Source: Podarcis melisellensis
Taxonomy: Eukaryota
Length of the DNA: 64,000 nt
Strand: one strand, 5' to 3'
NCBI GenBank assembly: GCA_964234715.1
Contig: OZ174278.1
Numbering within the stretch: position 1 is the first letter of the stretch; every line of letters starts with the position of its first letter. Below the pieces are notes generated by a model that was not told where the DNA came from, searched no databases, and was given only the letters and a program-made list of their open reading frames with translations. Shown here one piece after another: positions 1 through 52,949 of this stretch. The position numbers and the translations under genes are program-made.

Positions 1-2789
1 AAAATATTGGTCATAAACATTTTGTGAGTGTTTCTCTTCGGCTTGACTGAAAATTAACTGGGATGTAGATTTTTAAAAACAAGCAAACGTGCAGTTGTAT
101 TCCTATAACATAAACTTTCACTTTAGTGAATGAAATTTCAGTAGTCTATGGTTTTATAGCCATCCCCAGTATCTGTTGTATGGCAGCTTAGGTATTATAC
201 GCAATGTTTCTAGCCTTTTTTTGCATGGAAGGAGAGTTGGAAAGATAAAGTAATGAAGAAACTCCATTGATCAAGCACACAAAAGTAAATGTGGTCCTTA
301 ACCTTTGCTTATCTTTGTTTGACTCATGAGCACAGCATTGCTGAAAATTTGTTAGCAGCAGGCTCTTCTAAGAAGTGAAATTCACATGACAACAAACTTG
401 AGAACTTTCTCAATGGTAGAAACTTGCCTATATTCCCCTTTATTTATATCTCCTCTCTTTATAGTCCATATAAGACTTGGAACAACTACCGAGATCAATA
501 ATAAGACAGTGTATACCCTCAGGTTTAGAATGTAAATCAACAGAAATGAAAAAGTGGGGGGGGGGAGCAAACATCACAATTTTAAGAATTTCTAAAAGTA
601 AGTCCTATTCAGTAAATCAAAGGGACTTATTCCCAGATAAGTGGTGTTAGGATTGCAACCTAAGGCACTAGTTCTTATATCAACAGCAAAAATGAAAATG
701 GGTCCCTCCCCTGAGCTGATGTGTTTTCTTGGTTTCCTAATCTCTTCTGTCTGATGAAATGGCTGCTGCCTGACAGGTGACATTTAATGGAGTGGTAAGC
801 CTGATGGAGCTAGATTCTCAGAGCTTTAGTAAGCACTGTACAGTTTTGCCATTATGTGAAGTTCTCAGAATCTAAACAAATAGCACAAACTTTAGAATAC
901 TTAATACTCTACTGAAAACTCCTTTTTCAGTAAGACAGGATCAGTGGCACAGAAAGCATAGCTGCTATTGAAATATGTGAAGGAGAATGTTTGCCCTGTA
1001 AAACTTGTAGGAAAGGAGAACAGATGAATACAAGCTTGTTATTAATATCCTGACATAGAAGCACTCTGAGTCTTCTGTCCACCATAGAGATAGTTTTTTG
1101 CTAGTTGGATAGGGGGATGGGACTTGTAAAGAGATCCAACACATCTTAACAATCATAGATAGTGACACATTGAAGAACAAGCCTTTAAAGCCAAGACTTG
1201 CTAAAATATCTCTATTTTAAATGTGGGTTTGGCAAGGTACCTAGTATAGAGCAGCCTCACACCCTGATAATTCATGAGAAATTGGTGCAAGCAGTTAAAT
1301 ATTTCCACAGAAACTTATTGAGGCACAGGAAGAACAACACATCCAACTTGAGTGACACCAACTTCCATCAAGACCTATTGCAAGATACGAGTTCACTTGC
1401 AATCAGTGAGCCAACTGGAGGCTTCTACTACAATAGGCTATTAGAATATGAGTAGTCAGGGACTATCCCTCTGGAAGCTTTAGCAGCACATGCAGAAACG
1501 AGCTTCAAGCAGCTTGGCTAGAAGCCAAGTCTTACAGAATCTTGTCTTCTAGAATCACATTTGAAACCATCATGTCTTGGAAAAAATGGGGAACACCATG
1601 GGAAAGCCTATGTGAACATGGAACATGGAAAGTCAACCAGTCCAAGGAGACTGAAGATCCATCAGGTGAAATACACTTTTGCTCTAGATGGAGTACTTGA
1701 GGGGTGTGTGTTGATTGTCAAGCAATGGAGGTGACAATAGCCTCCACTGGTGTGGTTCTCCCTCCTGCAAGGCTTTCCTGAAGGTTCCAGGTGCTCTCCC
1801 CCCCCCCCCCGAACCATTCTTTTCTTTCCTGTCAATTTATAGTCTGCCCTGAGTACTTTGCATAGTTCAAAAGGAAGGCAGAAGTGACCCTGATTATGGC
1901 CAATAAGGGTCAAAGACTTTCCTCAGCATACTGTGAAACTACTGAAGTCAGTACCAGAGGCTTTCTTCCTCTGGACCTCTTCTATACTCAGTCTGCTTGT
2001 CACTTTGAAATTCTTAGCCCTGAAATTCTTAAACCTTTATTGACATACACAATTCCAATAGGGTTCGGTACAATAAAATCACTCCTCAAAACCTGCATCT
2101 TACACTTAAGTTAATGTACAACATTCACGAATCCTCATTGCGTGTTGCAGAAACCTGGCTACTATCTCCATGTTATCCCCATCCTGATTAAATGTAAGGA
2201 AGGCTACTGTACATTTGTCTGAATGCAACTCCCTAGGGCCTAGAACAACCAACTGATAAACCTAGGGTAGATCAAATAGATACCAAGGGCAGTGCAAAAG
2301 AACTTGTGACTGATTTGATTTGTCTTATGTCCACAGGCGCATTGTCTCAGAGTATTTTCAGGAATCTAGTAGTGGGATTTGTGAGGACCTCGGCAGCTAC
2401 AGGGGAGTTGTGGTTAAGGAGATGCTGGTGATGTTCTTTCCAGCACAATGCAATAGCTTGTTTATCTTTTAGAACCATACTATATATCACAAAATGTCAA
2501 AATAACCAACAATAATGCTAGAAACATAACATACAGCTTAACTGTGAATGGCAATAGCTACAAACTACACACAAGCTTACTGAAATTAGAGTCCTCATAC
2601 AAAACCAAATCTTGATCGTGAATTCTAGAGCTGCAGTACTGAATAATGTTTCTCAATATAGGCTACAACCTTCTCTGTCAATGGACAGTTATTAATTTAG
2701 GCCTGCCTTGCAAAATAAATTTTCATAAGTTACTAGCCCACAAAAGTTATTAGTCATCCTGCCTGTACAGGTCTATTCATGGTGTGTTA

Positions 2790-3200
2790 CCTTATTTTAT
2801 TTTATTTATGAATCTCCTAAATTATTGAAGCAATTTCACAAGAAAGAATATGGCAATATGAACATCCACAATAAAAGATATAAAACAATTTTGTTTATCA
2901 AAATGTTTTCCAATTCAATATAGATACCAACTGGGATGAAAATCACTTAGGTGACTTCTTGAAAGATGGAGGTTTTCAACAGGCACTGAAAAGTATATGC
3001 CTGGTACGTAATGGGTGTTCCAAGGGGTAGGTGCCACTATGCTAAATGCCCAATTCCTACAGAACCAACCTTCTGATAAGGTATCTACATGAGGCCCTCT
3101 AGTGTGGTTGGGTATATAAGATGTGGTCTTTTAGGTATCCTGGTGCCAAGCTGTGTAGGGCTTTTGTACACCAATGCAAAACTAGAATATTAACAGGTCC
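2790..3200 (-). mobile_element. Degenerate L2-type LINE 3' fragment
   Basis: (TTTA)n tail and degraded reverse-strand similarity to the L2 copy at 51530. Confidence 0.45.
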
Positions 3201-5344
3201 CACCCATGCAACCTTTTTACACATTCATTTGCAACAAAACAGGAAGTATTATGAGTTTTCCATTTTGCCTGAACCAGGAAACCATGGTAAGCAGCTTCAG
3301 AACAAGCCAGGATATGAACCCAACTTCAAATCATAGATTTAATGATAATAATTAAGTGTCCTGTTTCTATTTTCTGATTAGTTTAAATCAAATTAGTAAG
3401 TTAAAATACCTCCCCAAAGTGTCCCTGGATGGCAAGGAAATCTTTCAAATGACTTGCCAGCTGCACTGCGTGTGGAACCTTTGTAAACTACCTCAGTTAA
3501 TTATCTTAATTGGTCCAGCACACAAGTTGTATTTAGGTTAATTACCATTCTCATCTTCACACCTTAATCACTGATAATAATAGATTTTTTAAGCCTGGAT
3601 TCTTTTATATACATATTGTGATAAAATTTTGGTTTGGAACAAGTCGTGGAATGCCTTCTCATTGTTTATATTTCGGTATCAGGTATACAGGCATCTTTTT
3701 GCGCCAGCCTGGGTGGAGGATGAGAACTGAATATCCTTCCCATTGTAGTTGTAGCGTTGTTGAGGTTTCTCTTGATTCTGTTTAATTTATAGTCTAGCAA
3801 TGTTTATGTATTCCATGATTTGAACTGGGAAGGGTGAAAATAAAATACTTTGTGACATAGTAAGCTTCCTGCTTAGAAGGCTTTCCCTGTCTGATTTTAC
3901 TTCTTACCACTGGGGAGGGAATAGATATTTAAGATACTCTTTTAGGCAGCAACTTATGACATCTTAAATAAATAATCCTCTATGGTGTTAGATATAGGCT
4001 TAAATGGTCCCCACTTGTTTGTGTGACATGATGGGCAATACTAATTCCATAACCAGCTTTATCATTTCTTCTTGTGAATGTAACTTCCAATGCCAGCCTT
4101 GGTTTGGTTTTTATGTGTTTGTCTTATGAAGCTCAATTTTATTATTTGGGTTATATGGATAACATTCAAGAAAGATTCTAAAAGAAACCAAACAAAGGGT
4201 GGGAAACCACATGCTCCAACTAGGCAAAACACTTACAATGTCCCTACCAAATAACACAGGCAAGTAAAAAAATCAGGCAACAACCACCCCTTTAAAGACA
4301 GGCAGGGGTGCTGGTATCTGAGGCAGCCACAGTACCAACAGACATGATGCTGGGAACTCTGAGTCCAGAACAAGAGCACAACCATATCCTTCCACAAGAG
4401 ATAGGACCTGTCAGCGGTATAACACAAGTTGCCATTGGCCCTTATTTAAGGTTGTAATGTTACACATGCTTACTATTACTAGGAAGTCTTATTGAATAGT
4501 GTGTGACTTTGGGGAATATATATATAGGATCAGTCTGCGCTGAGTTAAAAAACGATACTAGTAGTAGGGATAATTCCAGAGAACCATCCGAAAAGCCCTA
4601 TCAAGAAGTATACTTGTGTTGTTTTTATGTAGTACAGGCTTTTGAAGAGTAAGTAATCTTTTCCGTGAACTGCCCTGAGACCTCCGGGTATAGGGCGGAA
4701 TATAAATTCAATTAATAATAATGATGGATTGTACCCAAAGAACTAGGGCCAATGGAACTTTAAAATTCCAGAACGTCAATCCCATACCTTTCCCCCTCTT
4801 CTTCACACATTTCCAATGAATAATGTGTTCTTTGTTTTTGTTTTAATGTGTTACGGTTATTGTGGGATTTTGTTTTAATGATCTGCTTTGACAAGGCAGC
4901 ACACAAAGGATTCAAATAAGGCTGCAATCCCATGCGTGTTTACGTGAGAAAGTCTAAAATAATGGGACTTCACACTAAACCGAGGCACTCCCCAAACGCT
5001 CCTTTTATTTAGGGAAGCGCCAACATTTTCCCCTTGGAAAAGAACAGCCAGTCCACCATTAGCATTTGTTTTGCAACCGATCCGCACTCTTCCTCGCTTA
5101 ATTGCAGACCTAGAAACATTTGCCTGGGACTTAATGAACAAAACTCTCCTTAACAAAGGGCGACTTATCTCCATACGTAAACCTGCCTACTGATTTTCGC
5201 CCGCACATTGTGAAAGACCCTGACCAGAAAAGACATAGGGCGAACCAGGGGAGAAAACCTTGACAGATTCGCATCAGCCTCTTCGGGGGATTATCTGTAT
5301 GAAAATGGCGCATTGTTTTTCCGGAAGAAGGTGCCTCTGTCAAC

Positions 5345-5420
5345 GCCGTCCTACATGTCTCTGGAAGTAAGCCCCACGGCACGTACGGACTTACTTCCAA
5401 GTAAGCATGAATAGGCTGGC
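5345..5420. repeat. Short palindromic squamate interspersed element (other degenerate copies at ~4450, ~4918, ~8665, ~31205, ~46392, ~50505)
   Basis: Inverted repeat tggaagtaagcccc...ggacttacttcca flanked by cctacatg/catgaatagg; similar motif recurs across the window. Confidence 0.55.
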
Positions 5421-6070
5421 GCTGCAGGAGGCAGCCAAGCGAGCGCTCTCACTTCTCTACAACGAGGGGCGGGAGGAGCCCTTCGCCGCTCGCTCGCATC
5501 CCTCCCCACTTTAATTCTCCACGAATCCTCATCCCCAACTGCCAAGTCGAAAATGGCCGCATCTCCTTCCGCGCTCCGCCATCACAGCCTTTCACCACCA
5601 CCCTGTCCTCACGTAAAGCAGCCTCTTTACTACACGACGATACATGAGTGCCGTTTTATCAGATTGCGGTCTCTGTGTGTTTTTGAAACTTTTAAACGCA
5701 ACCATTTCGTTCGCTTCAAAGGGGACTATTTAAACCCCCCCCCCTTTTCCTTCCCTATTACTATCCACTCCGCCCCGCCTTTCCTCGGAGCTACGTCAGA
5801 GGCGCGCGGGGCGCCTCAGCAGTAATGGCAGCGGGGCTGGGCAGAGATTAATGTAGAGCGCGGCAGTGGCGGCGTCGAAGGGTGGTGCGCAGACGACGGA
5901 CGTGCGCGCTCTCGCCCGCCGGACCTCTCCCTCATACATACAAATAGAGCGAAGGCGCATGGGGGAGGGGAAGCGCTGATAGGATTATGTCGAGCCAGGC
6001 CTGGGCCGCCGCCGCGCCAGACAGAGCCCTCAGCCCTAATCTCCTCCTGGCAACAGCGGCCGCTGCGGAT

Positions 6071-47747
<41,677 letters not shown>

Positions 47748-49075
47748 CCTTGACAGGAAAATCTAGCCCACTTTCCTTTTGCTAGTGATACTAGCAAGAC
47801 GCTGAATCTTCTCTTCCTCTAATTCAGGGAATATATTTATATTTTTCTATGAAAAAGTTAAATGTGGAGGCTCTCCTTTTCATAATATGACTTGCACATG
47901 CCTGCCTATGTAGCAGCATTTAGCACATATGCCAAAATGTGCCTCATTGTAAGGGGCAAACTTTTGTCTTCAATGGTATTTTGCTAAATATAGTAAGTGG
48001 TGGGAGGGGGCTGAATAAAACATTAGGCAAAACACAGCTTAAAAGCTGTTTGTTTAGACAGTATTATGGTGCTGCAGAGACACTACCTATGTCTTACCAT
48101 ATTAGCGTGTTTAAAGAACAGATGAATGAACAGCCTGGTGTTTTAAGAACCCGTATATCAGTGACAAACTAGCCTCTCATACTGTATATTGTAAACAACT
48201 TAGAAGTGGTTACTGATTTAAAAACACACACCAGATATATGAGAAATAGGCACCCAAAGTAACAACCTGTTAAAATGAGCAGTTCTATGGATTTCTGAAA
48301 AACACAGCTTGAACTAATCGGTAATTAAGGGGGATAAAACACTTCCTGATTTTATAAATATGTCAATAAAAAGCTTTGCTGTCAGATATGTGGCTTCCAT
48401 ACTGTAAATTTGAGACCATTAGAATACAGGTGACCACTTGAGCCTAAAATTTTTCTTTGTGTGAATTTTTGTTACAAAAAAAGCAAAAACAAAAGTTTGT
48501 GCTTTTTTTATTCAAAATGGATTAAAACTTTTAATGCTAAGAGTGCTAGTATTTAAGGTGTTTTTGCTAAAGTTTGATGCCTAATTCCTTAAGATATAAT
48601 TATTTATAACTTAGATAATTGGTGCACTTAAGCCACCCCAGCTCCTGATTTATTTTCAAAGTAAAGCACCTTCATGTTGGTGGTGTTTAGGTTGGCACTG
48701 TTGGAAACAAAAGTAATTTCACTTCATTATTGTATATCAAGAATGGAAGTAAATAGTAATACCACCCCATTTGGATTACCTTCTCTAGGATGTTATTTAA
48801 ACTTCTTCCCCTTCCTGGGGAGTGATCTCTTTGCTTTGTATGACCCCCATTTGTTCTAATTCTGTGAAAATTCTGTATAAGTATACCAGGTATTTAATTT
48901 ATCTCTGTGGGTTTCTTGAAGTTTTATTTTGAGAACTATTAATTCAGGGTTGTATGCGGGTTGTTTTTTTTTTTTATGAAACAAAACCCTGAACTACTGT
49001 CCTAGAAAGCTGGTTTTTTGTCTTCCACTTCTTGATTTCTCAAGGTAAAACTCCGGATAACATGGTTTGTCTATT

Positions 49076-49081
49076 AATAAA
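49076..49081 (+). terminator. Likely BRWD1 polyadenylation signal (alternatives: AATAAA at 48014 and 48365)
   Basis: AATAAA followed about 25 nt later by a U/GU-rich tract (ttctttatttttgtatgttt); AU-rich, repeat-free 3'UTR-like sequence 47748-49100. Confidence 0.55.
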
Positions 49082-49409
49082 AGACTCCTAGTGATCAAAG
49101 TTCTTTATTTTTGTATGTTTAGTTAGAAACTGTACTTGATATGGATAAACTTGCACATTCTGTGTTTAAATGAAGCTTCTTTGGAGTAGATTTGTTTGTT
49201 TAGAATCCTTTCCTCCTGGCCATAAGAAATCCTAGTTTCTTCATTACAGAGTTCTGCATAATGGTACGTCTGTGACCAATCTTCCATATTAGTTCAAGTA
49301 AATGACACCTGCCAACCATTCATTGTGGCTGCCAGAGGGGTCGGATGCCAAGGGTTCTGATGTCACTAAAGTAAAGCATACATCAAGAGTTGCAAGCTTA
49401 TGGATTATT

Positions 49410-50243
49410 CATAGAATCATAATTGTAGAGTTGGAAGGGACCCTAAGGGTCATGTAGTCCAACCCCTTGAAATGCATGAATCTCAGCTAAAGTATCCATG
49501 GCAGATATCCATCCAACCTCTGCTTAAAAACCTCAAATGAAGGAAGATACTTGTCAATGTCCTTAAATTCTGATGGCCAGAACTGGACACTGTGTTCCAG
49601 GGGTGGCCTGACCAAGGCAGCATAGCGTGGTACCGTTGCTTCCTTTGATCTGGATACTATGCTTATGTTGATGTAGCCTAGAATAGCATTAGCTTTTTTT
49701 GCTGCTACATCACAATGTTGACTCATGTTAAGCTTGTAGTTTACTAAGACCCTAGATTCTTCTCATATGTTCTACAGGCAATCCAAGTGTCCCCCGTCTT
49801 ACATCTGTGCAGCATTTTCTTGCTGTCTTAAGTGTAGGGCTGACATTTGTCTCTATTTAATTTCATTCTGTTAGTTGGGGCCCAGTTCTCCAATCTGTTA
49901 ATATCTCGAATCCACAGTCTGTCTCCTGCAGCATTAGCTACCCCTCTGTTTGGAGTCATCTGAAAATCTGATGAGCACCCCCTCAATTCCTTCAAGTTGT
50001 TTATAAAGATGTTGGAAGAACAGCAGACCCAGGACAGAATCCTGCAGCACCCCACTTGTCACTTTTTTCCAGGGTGACAAAGAACCATGAATGAGCACTC
50101 TCTGGGTTTGGTCAGTCAACCAGCTACAAATCCACCTAATAGTTCCTTATCCTGCCCACATTTTACCAGCTTCTCTGCAAGAATATCATGGGGAAATTTG
50201 TCGAAGGCATTACTGTAATCACAATACACTCCATCCATAGCAT
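49410..50243 (-). mobile_element. CR1 LINE 3' fragment (RT domain, internal deletion)
   Basis: Minus-strand peptides AFDKFPHDIL, VTSGVLQDSVLG, FSDD, MSQHCDVAAKKANAILG, FKQRLD; ATTCTATG-type tail at ~49410. Confidence 0.9.
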
Positions 50244-51103
50244 TTATAAGTAGCTTGTCACTGATACACCAACCTGCCCCAGACTGTTTGGCTCAGGCTG
50301 ACTCCACATATTTGTATGTGATGTAAGCAGTCCACTAGTAGTTTTTGGTAAAATGGTTTGTGTAGTGTACATATTTCTATAGTTCATCACCAGTGTTTGT
50401 TAGGCATTTAACCATTCTTTGCATAATTCATTGGTTAGTTTAAATATTGGCTGTAGCCACTGTTTAATATATGATGGTCTTGTGCTAGGAACAGCAAAAT
50501 GCTGATCTCCTATACATACATGGAAGAGTGCCCCACTGAGCTCTGTTTGAGTAGACATGCATAGGACTGAAATGTAGGGAACTATGAGTCTGATGCAGAG
50601 GTTTGTTGGTATGGCTCGATTCCCACATGTGGATTACATGATCAGCCTATTTGCAGTTAGGGCATTTTCACGCTAACACGAGACTATAATGAGATCATAG
50701 CTGTAATGCTATCAAAATGTGTAACTACCAAAGAGGTAAATTTAATAATAGCAATGCGGGGGGTGGGGGGTGGGGGGTGGGACGGGACGGTAGTTAACTC
50801 ATAATCTATTGTATCATGAGGGGAAACGGTACAAAACACAGATGCAACATATGTTAAAGGCTTCCCCACTCTCCAGAATCACACTGATCAAATTTGGTTG
50901 CTCCTAAGCATGTTTAAAGCTTGCTCTAAAATGTCAAAAGGTCTGAAAATGGATCTCCCATATCACATGTGGTTGCCGGCACTTTTTTGTGAACTCTCAA
51001 GGGAGATAGGGTTGTTGGCAGCAAGTAGCTTGTAAATTACGGAATTCAATCCACAATTTTAAGACAAGGGTAGTGAACACAGTGCCTTCTAGATGTTGAC
51101 TCT

Positions 51104-51265
51104 CAGGGGTGCCAACTTCAAAAAAATAATGGGATAAGCTTCGCCCTACATAATTGATCACATGATGCATGCACACCATTTGAATGGCAATGCCCATCAA
51201 CTTGGGGGGCAGGCCCCTTTAATATTTTATTGGGGGGCCCAAACCCCAAGGAGTTGGCTCCTATG
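51104..51265. mobile_element. hAT MITE (family of the 8210 copy) nested in an older MITE
   Basis: CAGGGGTGCCAACT...AGTTGGCTCCTATG; TSD ttgactct/ttgactcc. Confidence 0.7.
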
Positions 51266-51529
51266 TTGACTCCCAAGTCCTATCAGTCTTAGCCGATATG
51301 GTCCATTATGGGCTGTAGCCTGCAGCCTCTGCAGAGGCTCTGTATGGGCTCCACTCTTCATTGACTGTTTCTGCCTCTAGGCAGAGCAGTGTCTCAGCTT
51401 CCATTCCCACATCTAGTAAAAGTAATGCATATCCATGGTTTATATTCAGAATGCGTTCAAAAGCTGATACTGGAAAGAAGAAAACAATTGGATGATGTGA
51501 AAATGAGAGAGGAAAATAAGGTGGCATTG

Positions 51530-51960
51530 GGAGATCTGCATTGGCTCCCAGTACGTTTCCGAGCACGATTCAAAGTGTTGGTGCTGACCTTTAAAGCCCT
51601 AAACGGCCTCAGTCCTGTATACCTGAAGGAGCGTCTCCACCCCCATCGTTCAGCCCGGACACTGAGATCCAGCGCCGAGGGCCTTCTGGCAGTTCCCTCA
51701 TTGCGAGAAGTGAGGCTACAGGGAACCAGACAGAGGGCCTTCTCGGTGGTGGCGCCCGCCCTGTGGAACGCCCTCCCATCAGATGTCAAAGAGATAAAGA
51801 ATTACCTGACATTCAGAAGACATCTTAAGGCAGCCCTGTTCAGGGAAGTTTTTAATATGTAATGCTGTACTGTTTTTAACACTGATTGGGAGCCGCCCAG
51901 AGTGGCTGGGGAAACTCAGCCAGATGGGCGGGGTATAAATAATAAATTATTATTATTATT
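51530..51960 (+). mobile_element. Young 5'-truncated L2 LINE
   Basis: Intact ORF2 C-terminus LHWLPVRFRARFKVLVLTFKALNGL...AFSVVAPALWNALP...LFREVF; CpGs retained; (ATT)n tail. Confidence 0.9.
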
Positions 51961-52949
51961 GAGAACATCGTAAGAGCTTCACTGCATTGGACTGAAGGTT
52001 CTGTTGTATCTCTTGACCTTAGAAGGTGAATTATAATTAATATAAATACCATTAAACATACATGCCAGTGGCTTTCTGGAAATCACCTGCTCATAATTTG
52101 ATATTGAAAGGGATGTTCTCAGCCGAACTTGAAAAGAAGTCTTTCATGTTTGAAAGTGAAGAAAGTTGACCTCATTCTTTCATCCACATGTGGCCACCAG
52201 ACTCTTGTGTTGTGGCTAGCCACAATCGCTTAACATGGAATTTGTGTTACAGAAATGTTGTTTGCTGAGTTTGAAACATATTTTAATAATTTTGTCACCT
52301 GAATGGTATCTTGATGGTCTTAAAATAACCAACTTAAGTTCTTCTTTGTATTTATTTGGAGCAGATGTTAAAAAATCTTTAGCATGTCCGACACATTTAC
52401 CTACCAGTTAACTCTTATTAAATGTGACCCTTGCCAAGTGACTTGGGAGTTTATTTCAAAGGATTGCAGTTCTACGTAACTGGAAGCAGATAACTGAAGA
52501 TGCATCCATAGCCAGATTTTTTTATATGTATAAAATGTACTATAACCTGATTACTTTAGCATCTAATACATAGATTTTTTTAAAAAATATGGGTTGTTCG
52601 TGCTAATTTATTATTTGTTTGCTGTATATTTTTCAGAATGCCAAGGGGTGTATACTTCATTCAAATCAAGCTAGGGGCTGTACGCATGTTTGTGCCACAT
52701 CTAAATTCATCCACTATGTTGCTCAGCAAACTTTTCATTTTTTACTTTCATGACTGGTCAGCCAGCTGCAGCCCAGCTGAGATATTCAAAGATAAAAAGA
52801 AAGTTATCCTATCATGTAGTTTAGTTCCATAGTCCATTCCAAAACAAACTATTCAAAAATGTTTGTCACGGAATAAAAATTTTTGGGGTGGCAGGGAGTG
52901 GAGAAATAGGAATTGGTCCTAGACCCTGATCTTGAGAGTCTTCTTGTTT

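Noticed and set aside
1198-1455. 85-aa ORF with an internal acceptor-like site
   Set aside because: No recognisable homology (not HMGN1) and no supporting neighbouring exons.
5180-5320. H/ACA snoRNA-like boxes on the minus strand
   Set aside because: Could not build a convincing two-hairpin fold, and the boxes are too short to be informative.
51389-51862. 157-aa ORF as a novel gene
   Set aside because: The C-terminal two-thirds is L2 ORF2. The upstream part is a chance open frame with a non-ATG start.
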